DNA from: Anaeromyxobacteraceae bacterium
GTDB taxonomy: Bacteria; Myxococcota; Myxococcia; Myxococcales; Anaeromyxobacteraceae
NCBI GenBank assembly: GCA_032654565.1
Contig: JAULAX010000017.1
Location: forward strand, 384,001-448,000
DNA: 64,000 bases
Direction: 5' to 3'
How positions within the stretch are numbered: position 1 is the stretch's first letter; each line of letters starts with the position of its first letter. Shown here piece by piece: positions 33,851 through 41,849 of the stretch. Below the pieces are notes generated by a model. That model was not told the origin of the DNA. It ran no database searches and worked only from the letters and a program-made list of their open reading frames with translations. The position numbers and the translations under genes are program-made.

Positions 33851-34206
33851 TGGTGAGACAGGCCTTTCGGCCACACGAGCAGCTCCCGGCCAACCAGCCG
33901 ACCCCCGCCAGCGGGCTGGACGCGGCGCTGGCCGAGGATGACACGGTCATCCTGCTGGTGGTCGGGTCCGGGGTGGAGTCGGACCGGACCGAGACCCGCT
34001 GCCGGGGGCTGGCGCTCGACCCCGGCTTCGAGAACGTCCGGGTGGTCCGGGTCCGCGACCGCTCCGACCTGATCGGCCCCAAGTGGTCGTATTTCCTGGG
34101 GGGAGATCGGCCGATGGCCGTCCTCGGACCGGACCGGCGGATGGCCTTGCCGCTGGACAGGCCCGACGCCATCGACCTGTTCGTGGCCGTGGCCGCGGTG
34201 GCCTGA
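33847..34206 (+). CDS. Hypothetical 119-aa protein coupled to the ATP-grasp gene
   Basis: ATGA overlap with the ligase stop. No family recognised. Confidence 0.6.
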   Translation: MMVRQAFRPHEQLPANQPTPASGLDAALAEDDTVILLVVGSGVESDRTETRCRGLALDPGFENVRVVRVRDRSDLIGPKWSYFLGGDRPMAVLGPDRRMALPLDRPDAIDLFVAVAAVA

Positions 34207-34214
34207 CGAATTCA

Positions 34215-34249
34215 CCGTCACATTTGGGGGGCTCATTCGTCTGCCTCGG
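34215..34249 (+). promoter_or_regulatory. ECF-promoter-like 35-bp motif, copy 2
   Basis: CCGTCACATTTGGGGGGCTCATTCGTCTGCCTCGG, ending just before the GTG (34251) of the response regulator. Confidence 0.6.
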
Positions 34250-34250
34250 C

Positions 34251-34664
34251 GTGAAGACGATCCTGCTGGTGAACGAGAGCCGGGTGACCTTCGAGCTCAT
34301 CAAGGTCTACCTGGCCGTGGAAGACGTCCGGGTGCTGGAGGCGCAGGACGGGATCACCGCGCTCAACGTGGCCCGCGAGCAGCGTCCCGACCTGGTCCTC
34401 TGCGATCTCCACCTGCCCCGCCTCGACGGTCCGCAGCTCTGCCGCGAGGTCCGGGCCGACCTGGCGCTGCGCACCACCCCCTTCATCATCCTCTCCAGCG
34501 ACGGCGAGCCGGCGACGCTGCGGCGCTGCCGCGAGGCGGGGGTGAGCGGTGTCCTCATGAAGCCCATCGGGCCGCGCGAGCTGCACGACGCCGTCCAGAG
34601 GCACGCCGGCATCTCGGTGGGGCTGGCCTTCACCCGGCCGCCCAAGCTGGACCGCGCCAGCTGA
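34251..34664 (+). CDS. Single-domain (CheY-like) response regulator
   Basis: ILLVNES...PDLVLCDLHLPRLDG...IILSS...LMKP. No RBS seen before the GTG. Confidence 0.85.
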   Translation: MKTILLVNESRVTFELIKVYLAVEDVRVLEAQDGITALNVAREQRPDLVLCDLHLPRLDGPQLCREVRADLALRTTPFIILSSDGEPATLRRCREAGVSGVLMKPIGPRELHDAVQRHAGISVGLAFTRPPKLDRAS

Positions 34665-34742
34665 GCGGCGGCGGGATCGCCACCTCGAGCGCGGCGGCGC
34701 TCGGCTCCGGGCACTGGGCCGCCCGGGGTCGTCGAATCGCTG

Positions 34743-34816
34743 TGGTCCCGGCGGGACTCGAACCCACGGCCTACTGTTTAGGAAACAGTTGCTCTATCCA
34801 CCTGAGCTACGGAACC
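34743..34816 (-). tRNA. tRNA-Arg (anticodon CCT), CCA end not encoded
   Basis: Reverse complement GGTTCCGTAGCTCAGGTGGATAGAGCAACTGTTTCCTAAACAGTAGGCCGTGGGTTCGAGTCCCGCCGGGACCA folds as a cloverleaf; anticodon loop TTCCTAA. Confidence 0.96.
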
Positions 34817-34902
34817 TGTGCCACCAGCCCGCTCTCGCGGGACCGCGGCGATATACCACCGACACCCAACCTCGCCGAATCCATAGTTTTGGCAACTTCC
34901 CG

Positions 34903-34933
34903 TTGACAACTTGCCGCACCTTTCCGGTACCAT
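34903..34933 (+). promoter_or_regulatory. Possible sigma70-like promoter of the signalling cluster
   Basis: TTGACA (34903-08) and TACCAT (34928-33), but the spacer is 19 bp. Confidence 0.3.
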
Positions 34934-35042
34934 CGAGCCGTCGTCTCGGCGCCACCCGGCACGCACACCTCCATCGCCACAGGCAGGGGTCTCCGATGCA
35001 CCGTTTCACCGCGGCGCGGCCCGTCCCCGGGCGAGTCCATCG

Positions 35043-37130
35043 ATGAGCCTCCCTCCCAGGCTGGGCGAGCTGGCCGAGGTGCGCGGCGCCCTCACCGCCG
35101 ACCGGCGCGGACAGGTCCACGCCTCGGTGAAGGAGCTCCCCGGCGCCGCCGACGAGGCCGCCGCGGTGGCCGTCGCCGTCACCGAGCTCACCGCCGCCGG
35201 CGCCGCGCTGGGGCTGGAGGCGCTGCTTCGCCTCGAGGTGAAGGGGCCGCGCCGCACCACCCTGGCCGCGGTCCGCGCCGATCTCTTCCTGCTGGTGGAC
35301 GTCGATCCGGTCAAGCGGCAGGCGCGCGTCAACGAGACGCTCGACGCCTGGCAGCGCGGTGAGCAGGTCCCGGCCGCGCCCGCCGTCCCCCGCCCCTCCG
35401 GCCTCACCGGCGTGATGCCGGCCGTCGAGCCACCCGCCCCCGCCGGCGCGGCGCCCCCGCCGGCCCGATCGGCGTCGTCGACCCGGCTGCAGGCCCTCGA
35501 CGATCCCTGGGGCTCGCTGCGGCGGGCCCTGGTCCGGGGTCACCTCACCCGCGCCGCGGCCTTCCAGCAGGCCATCCTCGACGCCGGCGCCCCCACCTCT
35601 CCGGCGCCGGGGGGCGAGCCGCTCCCCCGGGAGTCCCTGCTGGCGGCCATGCAGCGGCTGCTCGAGGGGATCGGCAGCGTCATGGCCGGCGACCCCATGG
35701 GCGGCGCCCGCTCCCTGGCGGAGCTGGCCCGGGAGGGGCAGCCCAACACCTCCTTCCGCTGGCTGGCCCACTACTGGTCGGCCCGGGCGGCGCTGCAGAG
35801 CGGCGGCGCCGAGACCGCCAGGGACCACGTGCGCGAGACCCTGGCCCTCTCCCGCCAGCTCGACGTGGAGGCCCGCGGGGTCAGCCAGCTGCTGGCCGCG
35901 GAGCTGCTGGCCCGCGGCGGGGACATGCAGAAGGCCCTGGCGTGGCTGGCCGAGGCGCGCGGCCGCTTCGAGCGGGTGGCCGATCGCTGGGGGCTGGCCC
36001 AGTCCTGGCTCGCCGAGGCGCGCATCCTCGGCGGCCGGGACGAGGCGGCCTGCGTGGCCGCGGCGGTGCGGGCCCGCGAGGCCGATCCGGGCTGGGACGA
36101 GCCCCAGGTCTTCCTGGCCAGCCGCGCGGTGATGGCGGGAGACCAGGCCGGGGCCCGGACGGCGCTCGGTGACCTCGGATCGCCGGCCGCCGAGCGGCTG
36201 CGCACCCTGCTGGTGGCGGTCGACCAGCAGCGGCTCTCGCTCCCCGACGCCGGCGAGTTCCTCCGCATCCACCACGCCCCCCCCTCCGGGCAGAACCTCC
36301 GCTCGCTGGAGCGGATCGCCAACGCCTCGCCCCGCTTCTTCCAGGCCCGCGAGGCGCTGGCCTGGCTGCTGGTCCGGCTGGGGCGCTACGCCGCCGCCCG
36401 CGAGGTCTTCGAGTGGCTGCTCAAGCAGCCGCTCGAGGCGGCCGACAAGGCCCTGGTCACGCTCGGGCTGAGCAGCACCGCCACCGCGCTCCAGGCCGCC
36501 GGCGCCGCCGCGCCGCCCGCCGCCACGCCGGCCGGCCCGCCCGGCCAGGCCCCGGCGCTGGCCGACTCCACCCTGCTGCCGCCGGGACCCCGCCCCGCCT
36601 TCTCCGGCCTCGACGCCATGTTCTCCGGCCGGCTCAGCGTCTTCTCGCTCGCCGACCTGGTCGAGTTCCTCCGCACCGCGGGACGCAGCGGCCTGCTGGT
36701 CTGCAGCTCGACCGGCGGCATGGGGGCCTTCCGCTTCCGCAAGGGGAGGATCACCGGCGCCGCCGCCCCGTCCACGCCCGGCGTCGGCGACCTGCTGGTC
36801 CGGAGCGGCAAGCTCACCGCCGAGGGGCTGGCCTCGGCCGGTCCGGCCCGCGAGGGGGCCATGATCGACGCCGAGCTGGTGGAGCGGCTGGTCCAGCTCG
36901 GGCTGGTGGACGCCGCCACGGTGCGCGAGGCCGGACGCCAGCAGATCGAGCAGGCGCTGCGCGAGCTGATCGACTGGGCCGACGGCGAGTTCGCCTTCAC
37001 CCGCGAGGAGGAGTCCGCCTCGGCCACCGGCGAGGCCTCCATCGAGGTGGACGCCCAGCAGCTGCTGCTCGATCTCTTCCGCGAACGCGACGAGTCCTCG
37101 CGCGATCCCGTCGCCCGCCCCAGGTCCTGA
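35043..37130 (+). CDS. Multidomain protein: roadblock-like N-terminus, TPR region, DUF4388-like C-terminus
   Basis: N-terminal VRGALTADRRG...LGLEALLRLEV pattern; helical repeats; FSGRLSVFSLADLVEFL...GRSGLL...GRITGA...IDWADGEFAF. Confidence 0.75.
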   Translation: MSLPPRLGELAEVRGALTADRRGQVHASVKELPGAADEAAAVAVAVTELTAAGAALGLEALLRLEVKGPRRTTLAAVRADLFLLVDVDPVKRQARVNETLDAWQRGEQVPAAPAVPRPSGLTGVMPAVEPPAPAGAAPPPARSASSTRLQALDDPWGSLRRALVRGHLTRAAAFQQAILDAGAPTSPAPGGEPLPRESLLAAMQRLLEGIGSVMAGDPMGGARSLAELAREGQPNTSFRWLAHYWSARAALQSGGAETARDHVRETLALSRQLDVEARGVSQLLAAELLARGGDMQKALAWLAEARGRFERVADRWGLAQSWLAEARILGGRDEAACVAAAVRAREADPGWDEPQVFLASRAVMAGDQAGARTALGDLGSPAAERLRTLLVAVDQQRLSLPDAGEFLRIHHAPPSGQNLRSLERIANASPRFFQAREALAWLLVRLGRYAAAREVFEWLLKQPLEAADKALVTLGLSSTATALQAAGAAAPPAATPAGPPGQAPALADSTLLPPGPRPAFSGLDAMFSGRLSVFSLADLVEFLRTAGRSGLLVCSSTGGMGAFRFRKGRITGAAAPSTPGVGDLLVRSGKLTAEGLASAGPAREGAMIDAELVERLVQLGLVDAATVREAGRQQIEQALRELIDWADGEFAFTREEESASATGEASIEVDAQQLLLDLFRERDESSRDPVARPRS

Positions 37131-37139
37131 CCGGCGACG

Positions 37140-39050
37140 ATGCCCTCCACGCCCGCCACCCCCGACCCCAGGAGCCCGGGGTCCACCGACCTCTCCAGGC
37201 TGGCCGGCCTCAAGCTCGGCAACTACCGGCTGGAGCGGGTCCTGGGGCGGGGGCGGATGGGGGTGGTCTACCTGGCCCAGGACGAGGCCCTGCTCCGCCC
37301 CACCGCCATCAAGGTGCTGGCCTGGGCCAGCGCCGAGACCCGCGGCCAGGACCCGGTGCAGTGGTTCCTCGGCGAGGCCCGGCTGGTGGCGCGCATCAAC
37401 GACCCGCGGGTGGTCCAGATCTACGGCGCCGCCAAGCAGGGGGACTACTGCTACATCGCCATGGAGTACGTCCCCGGCCAGTCGACCGAGGCGCTCATCG
37501 CCAAGGACGGCCGGCTCGCCCCGGAGACCGCCACCGACATCCTGGTGCAGGCGGCCTCGGCGCTCCACGCCGCCCACGTGGCCGGGGTGGTCCACCGTGA
37601 CGTCAAGCCGGGCAACCTGCTGATCGGCCCGGGCGGGATGACCAAGCTGGGCGACTTCGGCATGGCCCACGGCTCGGCCGGAGTCCCGGTGGGCAACGCC
37701 GCGGTGCGGGCCGGCACCCCCTTCTACACGGCGCCGGAGATCTGGCGCGGCGCGGTGGCCAACCAGGCCTCCGACATCTACGCGCTGGGGGCCACCTACT
37801 TCCACCTGCTCACCGGCAGGCCGCCCTTCGTGGGGGCCGACCTGGCGGCGGTGGAGGGCGCCCACCTCTCGGCACCGATCCCTGATCCCCGCGAGCTGGT
37901 GCCGGCGCTGCCGGCCTCCTGCGCCACGCTGGTGATGCGCGCCCTGGCCAAGCTCCCCGCGGATCGCCAGCCTTCGGCCCAGGTGCTGATGTGGGAGGGG
38001 CGCCGCGCCCTGCAGGAGCTGGCCGCCGCCGGCCACGCCTCGCCGGCGGCCGCCGGCCACGTCTCGCCGCCGGCCCGCCCCCCGCCACCGCGGACCCTGC
38101 CACCGCGCCCGGCGCCGGCCCCCCTGGCCGAGCGGCTCCAGTTCACCCAGGCTCCCTTCGGCCCGTTCGACCCGCAGCAGGCCCCGTTCCAGGCCGCCCC
38201 GCTCGACGGGCTCCGGCGGCGGCTGCGCACCCTGGTCGAGGGGCCCGGCACGGCGCTGGTGGCGCTGACCGGCCCGCCCGGCAGCGGCCGCTCCACGCTG
38301 CTGCGCCAGCTGGCCGGCGACGTGGCCGCCGCGGGGGCCCGGCTGGTGCTCTTCGCCGACGGCGCCACCCGCGACGACGGCCGCAGCGCCCTGCAGCGGC
38401 TCTGCCGCGCCGCCGGCGTCCCCGACGAGGGCGCCACCCGGATCGACGTCCTCCTGCAGCGGCTGGGCGAGGAGCGCGGGCGCCCCCTCCCGCTCCTCAT
38501 CGTCGACGGGCTCGCCGAGGGCTCGCCGCCGGCCCCTGACCTGGAGACCCTGGCCGCGGCGGCGCTCTGGTCGCGCACCTTCAAGCTGGTGGTGGCCGGT
38601 CCGCCGGGCCTGGGCGGCCGGCTCGCCGCCGCCCCGGCGCCGGGCCAGCCGCCGCCGGGGGTGGAGCTGGTGGTCCCCCCGCTCGACGCCGACCAGGTGA
38701 CCCACTACCTCCGCTGCTGGCTGCGCGCCACGCGGAGCCCGGAGGCCGCTCCCATCCACCTCTCCACCGACGCCCTGCTGCTGGTGGCCCACCGCTCCGG
38801 CGGCCGGCCCCGGTTCATCGACGTCATCGGCTGGAACATGCTGGCGCTGGCGGCGGCGGGCGGGCGCCCCACGGTCACCTCCTGGCACGCCTGGGCGGCC
38901 GATCCCGGGGCCCCCTGGCCCGAGGCCCGTCCGCCGGCCACCCTGGTCGGGCCGCCTCCCGGCTGGCCCGGCCCCGACGCCCGCGCCGTCCTCGACGCCT
39001 GCCGCCGGGAGGCGGGGCTGCCCGCCTGGCCGAAGGGGGGCGGGCCATGA
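37140..39050 (+). CDS. Cytoplasmic Ser/Thr kinase fused to an ExeA-like P-loop domain
   Basis: GRGRMG, HRDVKPGN, DFG and GTPFYTAPE, then F...PF, GPPGSGRST, LLIVDG and SGGRPRFID. Confidence 0.88.
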   Translation: MPSTPATPDPRSPGSTDLSRLAGLKLGNYRLERVLGRGRMGVVYLAQDEALLRPTAIKVLAWASAETRGQDPVQWFLGEARLVARINDPRVVQIYGAAKQGDYCYIAMEYVPGQSTEALIAKDGRLAPETATDILVQAASALHAAHVAGVVHRDVKPGNLLIGPGGMTKLGDFGMAHGSAGVPVGNAAVRAGTPFYTAPEIWRGAVANQASDIYALGATYFHLLTGRPPFVGADLAAVEGAHLSAPIPDPRELVPALPASCATLVMRALAKLPADRQPSAQVLMWEGRRALQELAAAGHASPAAAGHVSPPARPPPPRTLPPRPAPAPLAERLQFTQAPFGPFDPQQAPFQAAPLDGLRRRLRTLVEGPGTALVALTGPPGSGRSTLLRQLAGDVAAAGARLVLFADGATRDDGRSALQRLCRAAGVPDEGATRIDVLLQRLGEERGRPLPLLIVDGLAEGSPPAPDLETLAAAALWSRTFKLVVAGPPGLGGRLAAAPAPGQPPPGVELVVPPLDADQVTHYLRCWLRATRSPEAAPIHLSTDALLLVAHRSGGRPRFIDVIGWNMLALAAAGGRPTVTSWHAWAADPGAPWPEARPPATLVGPPPGWPGPDARAVLDACRREAGLPAWPKGGGP

Positions 39051-39186
39051 GCAGGCCGGGCGGCAGAGAAGGGGCCAGCGGGGCGCCGAGGGACTATGCT
39101 GGACCGACCTGGTTCCATGGCCTCGCCTCGTCGCCCCCCGCCAGGACACTGGCCGGCGAGCCCGAGGCCGCACCGGAGGAGATGGC

Positions 39187-39513
39187 ATGACCGAGCTTGA
39201 GACCGTGGCCGGGCTCCCCGGCGTCAGCGCCGCCGTGCTCGGCGACCTCGAGGGGACCTTCCTCGGGGCGCTCCGCACCAGCGACGGCGAGACCATCGCC
39301 GCCGAGATGGGCTTCGTGGGCAGCACCCTGCTGGAGATCGGGGAGCTGCTCGGCCTCGGCCCGCTCGCCACCTTCTCGCTGGCCGGCCGGGCCGGCTCCT
39401 GCCTGCTGGTGGTGCGCCCCCAGGCGCTCATCACCGCCCTGGTCTCCCCGCCGCAGTCGCTCGGGCCGGTCGAGCGCGCCGTCGACACCGCCTTCCAGGA
39501 GTGGACATCGTAA
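39187..39513 (+). CDS. Roadblock/LC7 (MglB-like) domain protein
   Basis: 108 aa, LPGVSAAVLGDLEG...AA...IGELLGLGPL pattern. GGAGGAG RBS. Confidence 0.75.
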   Translation: MTELETVAGLPGVSAAVLGDLEGTFLGALRTSDGETIAAEMGFVGSTLLEIGELLGLGPLATFSLAGRAGSCLLVVRPQALITALVSPPQSLGPVERAVDTAFQEWTS

Positions 39514-40259
39514 TGGAAGCCATCCTCCAGGGGTTGCTCGACATGGCCGGCGTCAACGCCGCGGTCCTCTACGACGGGGCCGGGCGGCTGCTGTCCCACC
39601 GCGGCAAGTCGGTCTACGACCGGGCCCTCTGCGAGCAGGTGGGCGGCCCGCTGGCCCGGGCCATCGACTCGCTGCAGCTCCAGCACGACGACTGGGAGAC
39701 CGCCTCGGCCCAGTTCGCCGACGGCACCCTGCTGCTCCGCCGCCTCGAGACCACCGCCGCCGGCCCCTGCGTGCTGGCGCTGGTGGCCGACGCCACGCTC
39801 AACCCGGCCTTCGCCACCGTGGCCATCCGGGTCTCCTCCTCCAAGCTGAAGCGGGCCCTGGACGGCGGCGCCTCCTCGTCGGCGGTGGGGACCGGCCAGG
39901 GAGCGGCCTCCCCGGCGGCGCCCGGCCCCGGCGGCTCTCAGGTGGGCCACCCGGCCGCCGGTTCGCGGCCGCTGCTGGCCAGCTCCGGCCTGAGCTGGTC
40001 GCGGACCGGCGCCGGCGCGGTGCTGGCGGTCGACCAGCCCTCCTCCGACTTCCTCACCACCTGCGCCCGCGAGCTGGCCCGCCACGTCGGCCCCATGTCC
40101 AAGATCTTCGTCGAGGAGTCGGTCCGCAAGGTCTGCCCCGACGTGCCCTTCTCGCTGGCCGCCGGCCGGGCGCTGGCCGACGAGCTGGCCAGCCGGATCG
40201 ACGACGCCGACGACCGGCAGGCCTTCCTGGCATCGCTGAAGAAGTCCGGCGGCAAGTAG
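39513..40259 (+). CDS. Roadblock-like domain plus C-terminal helical domain
   Basis: TAATG overlap; MAGVNAAVLYDGAGRLL N-domain, Gly/Ser linker, LARHVGPMSKIFV...LASRIDD..DRQAFL tail. Confidence 0.7.
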   Translation: MEAILQGLLDMAGVNAAVLYDGAGRLLSHRGKSVYDRALCEQVGGPLARAIDSLQLQHDDWETASAQFADGTLLLRRLETTAAGPCVLALVADATLNPAFATVAIRVSSSKLKRALDGGASSSAVGTGQGAASPAAPGPGGSQVGHPAAGSRPLLASSGLSWSRTGAGAVLAVDQPSSDFLTTCARELARHVGPMSKIFVEESVRKVCPDVPFSLAAGRALADELASRIDDADDRQAFLASLKKSGGK

Positions 40260-40281
40260 CCCCACCGAGCGGAGACCCCCC

Positions 40282-41199
40282 ATGTCACTCGCCAGCACCA
40301 TTCGCAGCCGGCTCAGCCTCAAGATCTCGCTGACCCTGGCCATCCTGCTGCTCCTGCTCACCTCCGGCGCGGCCGCCATCATCACCATCACCCGGACCCA
40401 GCAGATGGAGGAGATGACCCTGGAGAAGGCCCGGCTGGCCGCCGCCACCGGCGCCCGCCAGTTCGGCGACACCTTCGACAACGCCATCGACTCCAGCCTG
40501 CTCACGGTCAACGACGTCTTCGACCGGTCCTACGTGGAGATCAAGGGCTGGAACTGGGGCGAGAAGCCCAAGTTCCACACCCGCTTCGACGCCTTCTGCG
40601 ACCGGGCGGTGCTGGTCTTCCAGGACCGCTTCCTCGACGGCGGGGACTTCATCTACGCCGTGGGCGTGGACATCAACGGTTACCTGCCCACCCACAACAC
40701 CAAGTTCCAGCAGCCGCTCACCGGGATCGCCGAGAAGGACCTGTCCGGCAACCGCACCAAGCGGGTCTTCAACGATCCGGTGGGCATCGCCTCCGCCAAG
40801 AACACCGAGCCCGGCTTCCTGCAGGACTACGCCCGCGACACCGGCGAGCGGATGTGGGACGTCTCCAGCCCCATCTTCGTCAAGGGCAAGCACTGGGGTG
40901 GCTTCCGCATCGGCGTCTCCATGGAGCGGATCGCCGCCAGGCAGCGGACGCTGATCTTCACCCTGGCCGGGATCTTCGCGGCCTTCGCCCTCATCACCAT
41001 CGCCACCATGTACCTGGTGGTGGAGCAGGCCATGCGCCCGGTGGCCGACCTGACCGCCGCCGCCGACGCCATCAGCATGGGCGACGGGCTCGACACCCCC
41101 ATCAAGTCGCAGTCCACCGACGAGATCGGCCAGCTCACCAAGACGGTGGAGCGGCTGCGCGTCAGCATGAAGGCGGCCATGAGCCGCCTCGGCGGGTAG
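40282..41199 (+). CDS. Membrane receptor: TM, Cache-like sensor, TM, HAMP, no output domain
   Basis: Two TM helices; VDINGYLPTHN...NRTKRVFND...YARDTGE..WDVSSPIFVKGKHWGGFRIG; HAMP (RPVADL...DEIGQL) followed by the stop. Confidence 0.8.
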   Translation: MSLASTIRSRLSLKISLTLAILLLLLTSGAAAIITITRTQQMEEMTLEKARLAAATGARQFGDTFDNAIDSSLLTVNDVFDRSYVEIKGWNWGEKPKFHTRFDAFCDRAVLVFQDRFLDGGDFIYAVGVDINGYLPTHNTKFQQPLTGIAEKDLSGNRTKRVFNDPVGIASAKNTEPGFLQDYARDTGERMWDVSSPIFVKGKHWGGFRIGVSMERIAARQRTLIFTLAGIFAAFALITIATMYLVVEQAMRPVADLTAAADAISMGDGLDTPIKSQSTDEIGQLTKTVERLRVSMKAAMSRLGG

Positions 41200-41206
41200 A
41201 GGAGAC

Positions 41207-41842
41207 ATGACCATGACCCGGACCACCACGCTGCTCGCCTCGCTGCTGCTCGCCACCGCCCTCGCCCCCACGGCGGGGGCCGCCCAGGCCAAGCCCACCA
41301 CCGCCCAGCTCGACCTGCTCAACACCCAGGAGAAGGAGATGCTGGGCGTCGCCCAGGACTTCGCCCGCCGCGTCAGCGAGACCATGGACGCCTGGCTGGC
41401 CGCCAAGGAGGTCACCGAGGAGCGGCTCTTCTCCTTCCTCTACTACCCCATGCCCAGGACCGACCCGCCCAAGTTCACCACCGACTGGGATCGGCTCGCC
41501 GACCGGGACGTCCAGGGGATCGAGGAGGCGGTGCTGACCCGCTCCCAGGTGCTGGTCTTCGCGGTGCTGGTCGACAAGCACGGCTACCTGCCCACCCACA
41601 ACCTGCGCTACTCCCAGCCGCTCACCGGCAACCTGGCCAACGATCTCGTCAACAACCGCACCAAGCGCATCTTCAACGACAAGACCGGGCTGGCGGCCGC
41701 CAAGAGCGTCGCCCCCTTCCTCATCCAGCGCTACCAGCGGGACACCGGCGAGACCATGGTGGACCTCTCGGTCCCGGTCTACGTCCGCGGCATGCACTGG
41801 GGCGCGGTGCGGCTCGGCTTCCGCTCGGTCGAGGCGCGCTGA
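41207..41842 (+). CDS. Secreted stand-alone paralogue of the upstream sensor domain
   Basis: Signal peptide; VDKHGYLPTHN...NRTKRIFND...YQRDTGE..VDLSVPVYVRGMHWGAVRLG. Confidence 0.8.
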   Translation: MTMTRTTTLLASLLLATALAPTAGAAQAKPTTAQLDLLNTQEKEMLGVAQDFARRVSETMDAWLAAKEVTEERLFSFLYYPMPRTDPPKFTTDWDRLADRDVQGIEEAVLTRSQVLVFAVLVDKHGYLPTHNLRYSQPLTGNLANDLVNNRTKRIFNDKTGLAAAKSVAPFLIQRYQRDTGETMVDLSVPVYVRGMHWGAVRLGFRSVEAR

Positions 41843-41849
41843 CCGCGGC

